Program-made: the position numbers and the translations under genes
Part shown: positions 1-9,404 of the stretch, in pieces
Position numbering within the stretch: position 1 is the first letter of the stretch
Layout of the letters: every line of letters begins with the position of its first letter
Notes under the pieces: generated by a model
Seen by the model: only the letters and a program-made list of their open reading frames with translations
Databases searched by the model: none
What the model was told of the DNA's origin: nothing
Origin: a virus
Strand: one strand, 5' to 3'
DNA length: 64,000 bases
Virus record (IMG/VR): IMGVR_UViG_3300021170_000016
Span: 2,320 to 66,319 of that record

Positions 1-74
1 GCGGCGCGCTTCGCCCTGGCGCGCTTCACGTAGAGATATCGTTCGGTCAGCTCGTCGAATTTATTCGTTTCCAC
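1..74 (-). CDS. 5' part of a gene running off the window (METNKFDELTERYLYVKRARAKRA...)
   Basis: AAGGAG RBS then GTG at 74; frame open to window edge. Confidence 0.6.
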   Translation of the reverse strand, partial: METNKFDELTERYLYVKRARAKRA

Positions 75-144
75 AGATTGCTCCTTGAGCCATGTGTCAA
101 AGTCATGTTTAATCCAAATACCTTTAATGTCAAGCAGCCACAGC

Positions 145-1698
145 TCAGCCATCGGCTACCTTTCGATACAGGTCCATGATGGCCTGCTGACCAGCCGCGT
201 CGTCATCGAGCACCTTGTAGAGTTCCCACTCCAGCGGGTGCGCGGCGATGCGAGCGATGGTCATCTTGTTCTTCTGGCCTGCGCGGTTGAAGCGCTCGAT
301 CACCTGGGAGTAATCCTCATTGCCGTAGATCGGCGCGTAGTTGATCAGGAGATCGGCCTCGGTGAGGTTGAGGCCGTGGGCCATGACCTTGGGATGCGCG
401 AGGAGAATGTGGGGGTCGGGCTCGGTCTTGAACGCTGTGAATATCTTCTTGCGGTTGGTCGGTGAGACGTCGCCGTTGACGACGCCCACGGTGTAGTCGT
501 CCTTCTTGAGCTTGGCCTCCAGGTCTCGAATGATCCCCTTGAACGGGACGATGATGATGACCTTGGCCTTGGCACTCTCGATGATCTCCACAAGCGTGTT
601 GTAGCGCGGCTGGTAGTTGATGGTGAAATACTCGCCGGTCGTCGGGTTCTTGATGCACCCGCAGAGTATCTGGCGAAGCTTGATGATCTTGTCGGCCGCA
701 TTCACAGCCGTGACTTGGTGCGCGGCGATCTCTGTCGCCATCTCGTTTTTCATCTCTTTGAACTTGTGCGCCTGCTCCGTCGACATCTTCGTCTGGAACT
801 TGATGGTGGTCACAGGCGGTAGCGTGATGCAGTCCTTCTTCTCGAAGCGGATCGCCGGCTGCATCGCCGCGTAGACGATCTTCATGGCGTTGGGCTTACG
901 CACCCACTTGTATTGGTTGATTGGTATCTCGACCTCGCGCCGCCACGTCCCTTTGAACTGGGAGACCGCGTTGGGGTTGATGATCCTGATCTGCGACCAC
1001 GCGTCGGAGGGGAGCTTGGGGCAGGGGCCGCCCGTCAGCCACCACACGCGCTGATCCTTCCGGATCATGCTTTTGAGCGCCTTGTAGAGATCGGTGCCGG
1101 GCTCGCGGAACTTCGAGCCCTCGTCCACGATGACGAGGTTGATGTCCTTCCGATCGTGGACGCCGTGCCACACCTCCTTCGAGACGACGCCGTCGTGGTT
1201 GAAGATGAAGAAGTCCACGTTGGCGGCCATCGCCTTGGCGCGCTTCGCGGCCGAGCCGTGTGCCTCCACCCAGGTGCGGTGGTAGACAGTGTCAAATATC
1301 TCCTGCTCCCACACCGGCTCCAGCGTGCTTAGGGTGGAGATGATCGCGGCGCGCTGGATGACTCCATCGAGCATGAGCTTGTCGGCCGCCCACAGCGCCG
1401 GCTTGGTCTTCATCGTGCCCGGCTCGCTGAGGTTGAAGCAGCGTGGGTGGAGGCGGAGGAAGTTGAACATCTCCAGCTGGTGAGCGAACGGCGTGGCCCG
1501 GCCGGGGAACTCGTAGTCCATCGGCATCGGTGCTTCGATGCCTAGGTTCCGCAGCACGCGCACGTTGTCGATCGAGAACTTCACCGCGACGTTGAACTGC
1601 GGGTGGTCGATCGTCCTACTCTGCGGGATGCATGCGCGTAGCATGAACGGGTCAACTACGCGCAGCACCAGCGAGTTCGTGGCGGCGTGAACATACAT
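145..1698 (-). CDS. SNF2-family (SF2) helicase
   Basis: PFAHQ Q-motif, degenerate Walker A EPGTMKT, VIVDEG, LTGGP, HGLNLTEA, ERFNRAGQ. Confidence 0.9.
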   Translation of the reverse strand: MYVHAATNSLVLRVVDPFMLRACIPQSRTIDHPQFNVAVKFSIDNVRVLRNLGIEAPMPMDYEFPGRATPFAHQLEMFNFLRLHPRCFNLSEPGTMKTKPALWAADKLMLDGVIQRAAIISTLSTLEPVWEQEIFDTVYHRTWVEAHGSAAKRAKAMAANVDFFIFNHDGVVSKEVWHGVHDRKDINLVIVDEGSKFREPGTDLYKALKSMIRKDQRVWWLTGGPCPKLPSDAWSQIRIINPNAVSQFKGTWRREVEIPINQYKWVRKPNAMKIVYAAMQPAIRFEKKDCITLPPVTTIKFQTKMSTEQAHKFKEMKNEMATEIAAHQVTAVNAADKIIKLRQILCGCIKNPTTGEYFTINYQPRYNTLVEIIESAKAKVIIIVPFKGIIRDLEAKLKKDDYTVGVVNGDVSPTNRKKIFTAFKTEPDPHILLAHPKVMAHGLNLTEADLLINYAPIYGNEDYSQVIERFNRAGQKNKMTIARIAAHPLEWELYKVLDDDAAGQQAIMDLYRKVADG

Positions 1699-1701
1699 CG
1701 T

Positions 1702-2184
1702 TCAGTGCTTCGGCATCGCCGCGGCCATCTTCCCCATCGTCGCGAACGGGGCGAAGGGCTCCATCATCTTGAGATGACACTGCACGAACTCTTCGCCCTT
1801 CGCCATGTCGTAGTCGGCGAGCGTGCCACCCTTCTGAAGCACAGCCTGCACCTCGTCGAACAGCACGAGGAAGCGCTCGAAGTCTTCCAGGTTGTCGTTG
1901 TTGACGACGAAGGCGAGATGCTCCGCCTGATGGATCATCGTGAGGAACGCCTTCTGCATCTCCGTCGGCTTCTCCGCGGCGGTCTTCTTGAACTCGACCA
2001 CCATAAAGACGCCGGGCTTGACGGCGTGGAGATCGCTGATCCCGTTCTTGCCGAACTGGTTGGCGGGCGGCATCCAGTGAAACCAGCCGTGCTTGTCCAG
2101 CAACGCCTTGGCCTTGCGCTTCACGTCCTTCTCGACGAGGTGTGCTTTCGTCATAGACTTCCCACTCCTGCTTGGTTTCGGCAC
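1702..2184 (-). CDS. VRR-NUC domain nuclease
   Basis: EKDVK...GISDL...VEFK...PTEMQ motif pattern. Confidence 0.8.
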   Translation of the reverse strand: MPKPSRSGKSMTKAHLVEKDVKRKAKALLDKHGWFHWMPPANQFGKNGISDLHAVKPGVFMVVEFKKTAAEKPTEMQKAFLTMIHQAEHLAFVVNNDNLEDFERFLVLFDEVQAVLQKGGTLADYDMAKGEEFVQCHLKMMEPFAPFATMGKMAAAMPKH

Positions 2185-2366
2185 TCGATCGTGCCTTCGA
2201 GCCGTTTCACTCTCGCCTCAGCGTCGCGAGCGCGCTGAAGGTATTGGTTGTTGGCGGCGAGCAGCTCATCGATGCGTGCGTCCTTCTGCGCGATCGTCTG
2301 CTGCAGCTCACATATCTTGGTCTCGCGCAGACGCATCGTCGCGTCGACGTCGTAGTCTTCATTCAT
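2151..2366 (-). CDS. hypothetical coiled-coil protein
   Basis: ORF packed in operon, GGAG RBS. Confidence 0.65.
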   Translation of the reverse strand: MNEDYDVDATMRLRETKICELQQTIAQKDARIDELLAANNQYLQRARDAEARVKRLEGTIECRNQAGVGSL

Positions 2367-2616
2367 TGGGGTCTCCTAGATGCACGCCGCGGTCCTTGGC
2401 CCAGCGCTCGAAGACCGCGAGGGCGAAGTCCTTGTCGCTGAGAATCTGACCGTCGGTCGACCGCACGAAGCGGTTGACGATGTCGAAGAGCCGAGCGCGC
2501 TGGAAGTAGATCGCCTCCAGCTCCGTTTCGTAGTTCCGACGCTTCTCGTTCGTCGGCGAGCGTTGCAGCTCGGCGCGGATTTCGCCTTCAGTCATCGCGC
2601 TCATCCTGTCTGACAC
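2359..2616 (-). CDS. hypothetical protein
   Basis: operon-packed ORF; start uncertain. Confidence 0.6.
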   Translation of the reverse strand: MSDRMSAMTEGEIRAELQRSPTNEKRRNYETELEAIYFQRARLFDIVNRFVRSTDGQILSDKDFALAVFERWAKDRGVHLGDPNE

Positions 2617-2875
2617 GAGGGGCCTTCACTGGGGGTGGATCGGGCGGCATGTCCTTGCGCCGGGCCACGAGCGCGGCGTAGGCCAGCCGCACATGGTCGA
2701 TGCGCCCGCCCGCGATGGGGAACTGACGCACCATCACCGCGAGGTCCGCGTCGTTGGGCGAGTAGGGTAGGAGCATGAACCCATACTTGCGGAGCTGCCG
2801 GAGGAACTCGTCGGGTTCGAGACCGCCGACAGGATACTCGCCGAGGTCAGTGACGAGGTTGTGGAAGTCGCTCAT
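2588..2875 (-). CDS. hypothetical protein
   Basis: operon-packed ORF, ATGA overlap with upstream gene. Confidence 0.65.
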   Translation of the reverse strand: MSDFHNLVTDLGEYPVGGLEPDEFLRQLRKYGFMLLPYSPNDADLAVMVRQFPIAGGRIDHVRLAYAALVARRKDMPPDPPPVKAPRVRQDERDD

Positions 2876-2994
2876 GGCCGGTGATCTCCATGGAGTATCT
2901 TGTTCATCTGCGCGATGTCGCCGCGGATCGCATCAAGGTCCATTGCGATGATGAAAGTCAAGATGATCATCACAAGGCGGAACACGAGCTTCAT
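2872..2994 (-). CDS. small membrane protein (MKLVFRLVMIILTFIIAMDL...)
   Basis: GGAG RBS, TGATG overlap, one hydrophobic segment. Confidence 0.6.
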   Translation of the reverse strand: MKLVFRLVMIILTFIIAMDLDAIRGDIAQMNKILHGDHRP

Positions 2995-3689
2995 CAGCGC
3001 TTCTCCTTCTTCGGCTTCCAGTGCTTGCAGTCGGTGACTGGGCACCAGCCATAGCAGAGACCGCTGGGCTTCGGCGGCCACGTGTCGGTGTCGTAGGCGG
3101 TCTTCAGGTTGGTGAGAGACGGGATGAACTGCGCCCACAACTGAGGTATCTCCGCACGGCCATAGACGTAGCGCTCGACAGCCTTCTCATAGTCGCTCTC
3201 TTGCGTCCAGTAGAAGAAGGCGTCGACCACATTGATATCGGGATACATCGCGAATGTCCAGAGCGCGTTCTGCACGAGCTGCCCTGGCTTCGGCTTCCGC
3301 TTGCCGGTCTTGTAGTCCACGATGCGCGCACGCTGCGCGAGATACTCGACCTTGGTGTAGTCGATGACGCCGCGCCACCACACCCGGTCGCTGAAGTAGT
3401 CGGACACCGGCCTGAGCTGCTTGTCGAGCGCGACCTTCTGCTCGGTGAAGAAGAAGCCATCCCACGCCTCCATGCGCTGCATGAACTTCTCGTGGTGGCT
3501 CAGCTCCTGCGGCAGCTCGATCCTGGTCCCCTGGCGATCCTCGAACGCCTTGTGGACATAGCGGCCCCACTTCGCTTCCTCGGAGTCAGCCTCGAACGGA
3601 AAGCGCTTGAGATTGCGCACCTCGTTGAACTGCTTGAGGCACTGGTCCGCCTGTTCGAGACCGGTGAAGCTCCAGGGCTTGGCTTTCAT
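2994..3689 (-). CDS. PD-(D/E)XK Cas4-like exonuclease
   Basis: WSFT..C, G..VH, RGVID, VDYKTGK, Q, C..C.V..C. Confidence 0.85.
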   Translation of the reverse strand: MKAKPWSFTGLEQADQCLKQFNEVRNLKRFPFEADSEEAKWGRYVHKAFEDRQGTRIELPQELSHHEKFMQRMEAWDGFFFTEQKVALDKQLRPVSDYFSDRVWWRGVIDYTKVEYLAQRARIVDYKTGKRKPKPGQLVQNALWTFAMYPDINVVDAFFYWTQESDYEKAVERYVYGRAEIPQLWAQFIPSLTNLKTAYDTDTWPPKPSGLCYGWCPVTDCKHWKPKKEKR

Positions 3690-3928
3690 TCGTCCCTCTC
3701 AGCAAGTCTTGACAGACGATACTTCACCACGTGTGGTTTGACACGAAGCTTCTTCGCGATCTTTGCAATCCCACCAGGGCATCCACTATCCTTGCGCGGA
3801 CGTCCTGTCGAGCCGTGATACTTAAGACGTAGCTCAATGAGCTTCTCGTCGCTGATGGGGAAGGGTGTCCGCGGATATGCTCGGCGGAAGCCCTTCCCCC
3901 TTTCGAAGAATGCGACGGGCGGGGCCAT
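3686..3928 (-). CDS. putative HTH DNA-binding protein
   Basis: GIAKIAKKLRVKPHVVKYRL HTH-like segment. Confidence 0.55.
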   Translation of the reverse strand: MAPPVAFFERGKGFRRAYPRTPFPISDEKLIELRLKYHGSTGRPRKDSGCPGGIAKIAKKLRVKPHVVKYRLSRLAERDE

Positions 3929-4485
3929 CAGAGGTTGATGAGCCCAAGGTGTTTGACGATGCCTTGCATCCACCACGCCTGCGCCAGGGCGTCGTCGAGC
4001 GCGGTGTGACCGGTGCCAACGTCAGTCGACTTGATACTCGGCGCGAGCGCCTTGAGCGTGCGGAAGCAGCGGTCGGCCTTGTATCTCCACGGACGCTCCT
4101 GGCCGACGCGACCGTAGGCGTTGGAGACCACCACGTTGTCGAACGTTGCGCCGTTGCCCCACACCGGCACGAAGCTGTCGGAGCCGTAGAACTCGGTGAG
4201 ACCGAAGAGGGCGTTGACGAGATCGACCTCCTCCATCGCGCGGATGGCGTCGCGCGCCGCGGCGCGATCTGGGTGCATCCACCACCCGACGGTGTCGACA
4301 TCCATCTGCATACCGTAGCGGGTGCCTGCGCCCTCGACACGGACGTGGAAGCGCTCGGTCGTCTCCATCAACTCTTCAATGGTCGCTGGACAGTAGAACG
4401 GGTCGAACTTCACTGCCCCGATCGAGAGGATAGCCGCGAAGCTACCCTTGCCGAGGGTCTCGATATCGAGCATCATATGTTTCAT
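3928..4485 (-). CDS. DEDDh 3'-5' exonuclease (Rv2179c/DUF5051-like)
   Basis: MLDIETLG, WGNGATFD, RCFRTL, HTALDDA. Confidence 0.85.
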   Translation of the reverse strand: MKHMMLDIETLGKGSFAAILSIGAVKFDPFYCPATIEELMETTERFHVRVEGAGTRYGMQMDVDTVGWWMHPDRAAARDAIRAMEEVDLVNALFGLTEFYGSDSFVPVWGNGATFDNVVVSNAYGRVGQERPWRYKADRCFRTLKALAPSIKSTDVGTGHTALDDALAQAWWMQGIVKHLGLINL

Positions 4486-4578
4486 GGTATCTCCTTGTTG
4501 GTAAGCCCCAGGGCTCCGGCGTGCTCACGCGCGTATCGCCGACAGGCCCTGGGGTCACTCCGGTAGCGAGCCGGAAGC

Positions 4579-4929
4579 TCAGTAGTTCGCCTTGATGCCG
4601 CTGATGTGCGCGGCGAGATCGGTGTCGTGACGGACCTTCGCGTCGTAGCCGACGCCTCCACCGGTCGACGCGACCGGGTTGTCGCAGACGTCGATCACGA
4701 ACTTCATCGCCATCGCCGCCAGCTGGATCGCCTCCTTGCGACGACGACGCAGACAGTCGTGGTCCTTCGTGGGGTTGATCTTGATTTCGTCCCACAGCTC
4801 GTCGAACTCCTCGCGGATGACCGAGGCTCCTTCGTGGACGCCGCGCATGGGGCCATGCAGGTGCGTCGATCGTTCCAGCTCGCGCGACACCTCATTGGCG
4901 ACGCCGAGTATCAGCAGAGTGCTAGTCAT
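4579..4929 (-). CDS. MazG-like NTP pyrophosphatase-fold protein
   Basis: REEFDELWDE...KEAIQLAAMA acidic helix pattern. Confidence 0.5.
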   Translation of the reverse strand: MTSTLLILGVANEVSRELERSTHLHGPMRGVHEGASVIREEFDELWDEIKINPTKDHDCLRRRRKEAIQLAAMAMKFVIDVCDNPVASTGGGVGYDAKVRHDTDLAAHISGIKANY

Positions 4930-5152
4930 GTGTGATCCATAGAATGGCGGCCAGCGTAGCTGAGAACGCCCAGAATGGCCAGAACCATTTGTCGATCAAG
5001 CGACGCCGTCTAGCCTTGCGCGCCGCACGACGGAGGCGAGCGAGCGCCTCCATCTCTCTGAGACGCTGACCGATCTCACGGTCAGCCAGCCACCGCGGAT
5101 CGCCGCGGTTGACGCGGAGATGCAACCCCGCGATTTCGGGGAAGTCGCTCAT
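4922..5152 (-). CDS. hypothetical membrane protein
   Basis: basic stretch plus C-terminal TM segment. Confidence 0.6.
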   Translation of the reverse strand: MSDFPEIAGLHLRVNRGDPRWLADREIGQRLREMEALARLRRAARKARRRRLIDKWFWPFWAFSATLAAILWITHD

Positions 5153-5391
5153 AGGCTGCGTGCGCGACCAGCGATGATACGCTGCGAGACGGCGATGTCC
5201 TGAAGCGCTTCCGAGATGCGATGGATCGAGCTGATCACCTGCTCGCCGACAAGGAGCGCTTGGACTTGCAGATCGCTGTTGATGCGATCGGCCTCATCGC
5301 GGAGACGACGGTGCTCGCCGTGGTCGCTCGCGCCGTGCATCGCGTGCTGGGTGGTCTCCATCTCACGCAGTAGGCTTCGTATCTTTTCCAC
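5149..5391 (-). CDS. hypothetical protein
   Basis: GAGGAG RBS, operon packing. Confidence 0.65.
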   Translation of the reverse strand: MEKIRSLLREMETTQHAMHGASDHGEHRRLRDEADRINSDLQVQALLVGEQVISSIHRISEALQDIAVSQRIIAGRARSL

Positions 5392-5410
5392 TCACTTCTC
5401 CTCTATGTTT

Positions 5411-5429
5411 GAGTCAATGATCTTGACTC
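5411..5429. promoter_or_regulatory. 19-bp dyad element copy 1
   Basis: GAGTCAATGATCTTGACTC, intergenic. Confidence 0.85.
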
Positions 5430-5434
5430 GGTTG

Positions 5435-5875
5435 CTACCCCTTGAACGGATGAGCCGAGCCGAAGCTGGCCCACAGCAGAAGCTTCGCCTGCTTCTCCTT
5501 GAGCACCTTGACCTCATCCTGGAGGTCCTCGATCAGCTCCAGCAGGACGCCCTCGCCCTTGGGCGTGCGCACCTTGCTCTTCTTGAAGAGCGAGCCGAAC
5601 ATATCCATGCGGACGGACATCACCTGGGCTTTGGAGCAGGAGAACTTTTTGTTGAAGTGCTCGGCGACGGTCTCGTCGTCTTCGTTCTTGTCGATGTAGG
5701 AGCACAGCCGCTCCGCACGATCCAGCTCCTCCGGGTTCATCACCCGGATGCGGGTCTGCAAGTATTCGTAGATTTCGTGTTTCTCGGGGAACGAGAGGTG
5801 GCGGAAGGGAGCGGCTTTGTCTTCCTTCGCGAGATGAGACCGTGGGGTCTCGATAGTGTGGAGGGCTTCAACCAC
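5435..5875 (-). CDS. hypothetical protein
   Basis: ORF with typical codon usage. Confidence 0.7.
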   Translation of the reverse strand: MVEALHTIETPRSHLAKEDKAAPFRHLSFPEKHEIYEYLQTRIRVMNPEELDRAERLCSYIDKNEDDETVAEHFNKKFSCSKAQVMSVRMDMFGSLFKKSKVRTPKGEGVLLELIEDLQDEVKVLKEKQAKLLLWASFGSAHPFKG

Positions 5876-6181
5876 TTATTTCTCCTTTGTCTTCTCGACG
5901 TTCTTGATCATCGAACCGTCCGCACGTCGAGGAAACGATCGGTTCTGGTGCGGCGTCTCGCCGCGTAGATTGCTGGGCTTGTCCGAGCCACCCTTGCTCA
6001 ACGGGGCCTTGTGGTCGTTGTCCTGGCTTTTCTTGATGATACCAAGCTTCAGCGCTGTGCGTCGGTCACGGTGGCGCTTCGCGTTCTCGCTGTCGCTGCC
6101 CGTCCCGCTCTCGCCCCGCGCCTTCTGCGTCGCATACTCGCGCTTGAGGTTGCGCACATAACCTTTGCTGCTGGGCATCAC
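5876..6181 (-). CDS. HNH endonuclease
   Basis: DNDHKAPLSKGG...SNLR...HQNR. Confidence 0.75.
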   Translation of the reverse strand: MMPSSKGYVRNLKREYATQKARGESGTGSDSENAKRHRDRRTALKLGIIKKSQDNDHKAPLSKGGSDKPSNLRGETPHQNRSFPRRADGSMIKNVEKTKEK

Positions 6182-6259
6182 GCTTCTCCTGCGGTGTCAT
6201 CGAGCGGGCGAGACGCTTCATCGCCCAATAGTCCCGGCCGTTGATACGACACTCACCCA

Positions 6260-6577
6260 TTAAAGTATACGGCCAGCGGCGACCGACGCGTCAATCAGCT
6301 CCTTAAATGCTTGGAGTGACGGCGGTAGTGGTTTCTCACGCTGCGCGAGCGGATCGTCCGACGAGGGAGCCCACTGCATAGCCTGCATCTCCTTCTGCAC
6401 GAAGGCTTCCCACGGCGTGTAGACAACTTTGGGAGGCGGCTCACGTCTCGGGTCCATCGCTGGATCATTGAACTGACGAGCGAGACCGTGCCACCAAACC
6501 CAGCGGCCATCAACGAGCCTCACAGGTCGCCATGCGAACCAGTAGTGTGGTGTGCCGCGAGCGTGGCCAAAGATCAC
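6260..6577 (-). CDS. hypothetical protein
   Basis: WFAWRPVRLVDGRWVWW motif common in phage small proteins. Confidence 0.65.
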   Translation of the reverse strand: MIFGHARGTPHYWFAWRPVRLVDGRWVWWHGLARQFNDPAMDPRREPPPKVVYTPWEAFVQKEMQAMQWAPSSDDPLAQREKPLPPSLQAFKELIDASVAAGRIL

Positions 6578-6768
6578 GACGCCGGCTCCTCTTCAACCCT
6601 CACGAGCTTGTAGCCCATCGTCTCGAAGCGCTCGCGCGTGAAGGGCTCCTCCCACGGATCGGCGAGACCCTGGAGCGTGACGAAGCGCTTGTCGCCGTCC
6701 TCGCGGAAGCCGAGCACCTTGTAGCGCTTCTTCGTTTCGACGTTCTCGAAGTAGACTACGGTCGTCAT
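6574..6768 (-). CDS. hypothetical protein
   Basis: operon-packed ORF. Confidence 0.7.
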   Translation of the reverse strand: MTTVVYFENVETKKRYKVLGFREDGDKRFVTLQGLADPWEEPFTRERFETMGYKLVRVEEEPAS

Positions 6769-6914
6769 TGGTCGTGATCCTCTTCGTTGTCCACGTCTTC
6801 TTCCAGCGCCATCTTCTTGAGTTCGAGGTCGTTGATGATCTCTTCGATGTCCATGCCGTCATCCAGATACTTCTGGACCAGTTCGGCAAGCTCTGCGGCG
6901 AAGTCCTTTTTCAT
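6765..6914 (-). CDS. small acidic protein (MKKDFAAELAELV...)
   Basis: ATGA overlap with polymerase stop, very acidic. Confidence 0.65.
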   Translation of the reverse strand: MKKDFAAELAELVQKYLDDGMDIEEIINDLELKKMALEEDVDNEEDHDQ

Positions 6915-8887
6915 GCTGCTTCCTTCCACTCTTTCATCGCGCCCCAGTTGGGGCCATGCTTGCAGTCGAACGGTAGCGGGATCGGCGGGGTGAAGCCCCA
7001 CGCGTCTTTGTAGGGTAAGTTGTTCAACATCTTCGACAGGACCGCGCGAGCCTCGATCACCTTAGCCTTCGGCACGAAGAAGTAGAGACCGTCGTGCATG
7101 TCCAACACAAACTTGATACCGTTCTGCCGGCAGTAGGACCGGATCACCGCCAGGGCGAGATACTTCTGGTCGGCACCGGTGCCTTGGATGGCGTAGTTGA
7201 TGGCGGTCGAACCCATCGACCAGCCGAAGCTGCCGCCCCAGTCGCCGATGATCTTGACGCGTCGTCCTGAGATGGTCTCAACGTATCCTTGCCGCTTCGC
7301 TAAGTCAATTTGACTCTTCCAAAACTGAGGCACGCGAGTGTAGGTCTGCGGGTAAACGCCGTGGATGTGCTCAGCCTGCGACATCACCAGCGGAATGTCG
7401 TAGTCGGTGCGCGCCGTCGAGAGCAGCCTCTTGGCCGACGTGCGATACTGGAGCGAGAGGTTGCCCACCTTGCCGAGCATGCGCCCGCCCTGCGGCCCGG
7501 AGATGCGCTCCTCCTTCGCCTTGAGGCGCGTGAGGAACTCCTTGTAGTCCATCTCCAGGATGCGCGAGCCCATGTAGCTATGGGCGTCCTCGCCCGGCAG
7601 GCACATCTGGCACATCGTCTCGTCGCCGGACTGCACCGCCATCCAGCGATACTCCTGGCCCGCGGCGTCGAACTCCATCAGCTCATAGCCGGGCGGCGGG
7701 ATGATCTTCTCGCGGAAAATCTTGTCGCGTTTCTCTTGGTGGATCGCATAGCCGGTCTGCCGCTGCGCCTTCGAACCCTTCTTACCCTGCGTGGACGAGT
7801 AGGTCATGCGCCCGGTGTAGGTGGAGAAGACGTGCGCTTCCGGATGCGTGCGACCGTCGGCATTGTAGTCGACCGACTCCAACACGTTGTCGACGAACTT
7901 GGTGACGCGGTTCAACGACTGACGATATTCATGCAGGTGTTTGACGTTGTCCCACCCGTCGAGCGCCAGCTCGTGCAGCACCTCCTTGTCGGTGGAGTAA
8001 GACTCGTTGCCCGTCGTTTTCGACGTGTTCACCTTCATGACCGGGCACTGCCAGACATCGAAGAGAATCTTCTGGAGCTTCTGCGGCGAGCGCACGACCA
8101 GCTCGGTCACGCTCTGCTTCTTCTTCGCCGCGGTCTTGGCAAGCTCCGGCCAGATGGTGAGTGCGTGCGGCTCGATCAGCGGCCCGAGGATCGCGAGCTT
8201 CTCGCGGGCGGTCTTGAGCAGCCCAGCCTGGAGATCGTGCGCTGAGAGGGTGTCGACCGGAAGGCCCCGCAGGTTCGCAGCGGCGACCATGGGCAGGCTT
8301 TCCGCCTCGATGAGCACCACGGCGCGCTGCTTGGGCGTCAGGCGCTCCCACCAGTGCTGCGTCGCGTTATAGGTGTGCTTCGTGTCAAGATCGTTATACG
8401 CTTGGAGGACGGCGCGCGCCTCGGGGCTCGGGTCATGGAAGTCGATACCCTCGCCGTAGGTGGCCTCCTCGGGGCCGTAGAGCAGCTCGACCACGCTGCC
8501 AGGACCCTTCAGCTTGAAGTGCTGCTTGTCCTGCGGCCGGGTCTCATACTCAGGCTCGACGACGGCGTGCTTCCAGACGAGCATGCCGTCGAGCCAACGG
8601 CAGGCCATCACTTCGTCTTCGAGATCGAGCGCAAGCAGGCACTGGATATCGAAGACGGTGTTCCACCCGACAATGTAGCGACGAGCGGCGCGAGCCTCCT
8701 CAAGGAAGCGCTTGCACCGCTCTCGCGTCGGGTAGAGCCCGGTTGCTCCAGTCCAGTCTGGATAGACCGAGAGACTGGTCAGCGAGAACTTGCCCTGGGC
8801 CATGCGCCACGGTTGCAGCGCATGCTCAGGTAGCTCGCCTGTCGTCTCGAAGTCGAACGCCGTAGCGTGAAGTCGATCCCAGATCAT
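6911..8887 (-). CDS. polA: DNA polymerase family A with 3'-5' exonuclease domain
   Basis: FDFETTG ExoI, TYTGRMTYS, motif A FDAAGQEYR, motif B RMLGKVGNLSLQY, INYAIQGTGAD, motif C MHDG. Confidence 0.92.
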   Translation of the reverse strand: MIWDRLHATAFDFETTGELPEHALQPWRMAQGKFSLTSLSVYPDWTGATGLYPTRERCKRFLEEARAARRYIVGWNTVFDIQCLLALDLEDEVMACRWLDGMLVWKHAVVEPEYETRPQDKQHFKLKGPGSVVELLYGPEEATYGEGIDFHDPSPEARAVLQAYNDLDTKHTYNATQHWWERLTPKQRAVVLIEAESLPMVAAANLRGLPVDTLSAHDLQAGLLKTAREKLAILGPLIEPHALTIWPELAKTAAKKKQSVTELVVRSPQKLQKILFDVWQCPVMKVNTSKTTGNESYSTDKEVLHELALDGWDNVKHLHEYRQSLNRVTKFVDNVLESVDYNADGRTHPEAHVFSTYTGRMTYSSTQGKKGSKAQRQTGYAIHQEKRDKIFREKIIPPPGYELMEFDAAGQEYRWMAVQSGDETMCQMCLPGEDAHSYMGSRILEMDYKEFLTRLKAKEERISGPQGGRMLGKVGNLSLQYRTSAKRLLSTARTDYDIPLVMSQAEHIHGVYPQTYTRVPQFWKSQIDLAKRQGYVETISGRRVKIIGDWGGSFGWSMGSTAINYAIQGTGADQKYLALAVIRSYCRQNGIKFVLDMHDGLYFFVPKAKVIEARAVLSKMLNNLPYKDAWGFTPPIPLPFDCKHGPNWGAMKEWKEAA

Positions 8888-9069
8888 CCGAGCAGCGCAG
8901 TCATCTTGCTCAGATGATGGTGCTCTTCATCGTGCCTGTGATCGATGTGATCGAGCAGCGCGCGGAGGTCGGCCTTCTCGACCGTCATCGGCCAGCCGTC
9001 GGGCTCGCGGCTTGAGCAGCTCGCCAGCCGCGCACGCAGCTCGTGGATAATCTCTTCGACAGACCTCAT
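8884..9069 (-). CDS. hypothetical protein
   Basis: GGAGG RBS, ATGA overlaps. Confidence 0.6.
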   Translation of the reverse strand: MRSVEEIIHELRARLASCSSREPDGWPMTVEKADLRALLDHIDHRHDEEHHHLSKMTALLG

Positions 9070-9341
9070 GCTACCCTCCATACACCGATACCAAGCACTG
9101 CGCCACGCTGGTCTTCGTCGCTCAGCAACCACTGCCCGAGCTTACCACCGACGCGGGCCATATAGCAGAGCCGTGTCTCAAACTTGAAGCCGAGGTTGCG
9201 GCCGGTGTGCCATGCGAGCGACGCGAGATTGTTCCGGTCTCTGTCAGGGACGAAGAAGAACTCGCCGACCTTGAGAGACGCCCAGGGATAGACTGGCTTG
9301 CGGCCACCGTGATGGATCGGCGGCGGGACTGATGGCTTCAT
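9066..9341 (-). CDS. hypothetical DNA-binding protein
   Basis: GRKPVYPWASLKVGEFFFVP...GVWRVA pattern of small phage DNA-binding proteins. Confidence 0.65.
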   Translation of the reverse strand: MKPSVPPPIHHGGRKPVYPWASLKVGEFFFVPDRDRNNLASLAWHTGRNLGFKFETRLCYMARVGGKLGQWLLSDEDQRGAVLGIGVWRVA

Positions 9342-9374
9342 CTGCAATGACCTCTTCAAATAAAGGGTGGCGCA

Positions 9375-9404
9375 TTCATATACGCCACCCCAACTGCTGT
9401 CAAC
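9375..9404 (-). promoter_or_regulatory. sigma70-like promoter
   Basis: TTGACA followed at 15-17 bp by TATATG/TATGAA on minus strand. Confidence 0.5.

Noticed and set aside
2994-3689. Cas4-like gene as a CRISPR-Cas component
   Set aside because: It is a solo PD-(D/E)XK nuclease in a standard phage replication module
7310-8245. 311-aa plus-strand ORF
   Set aside because: Antisense shadow of polA caused by high GC3
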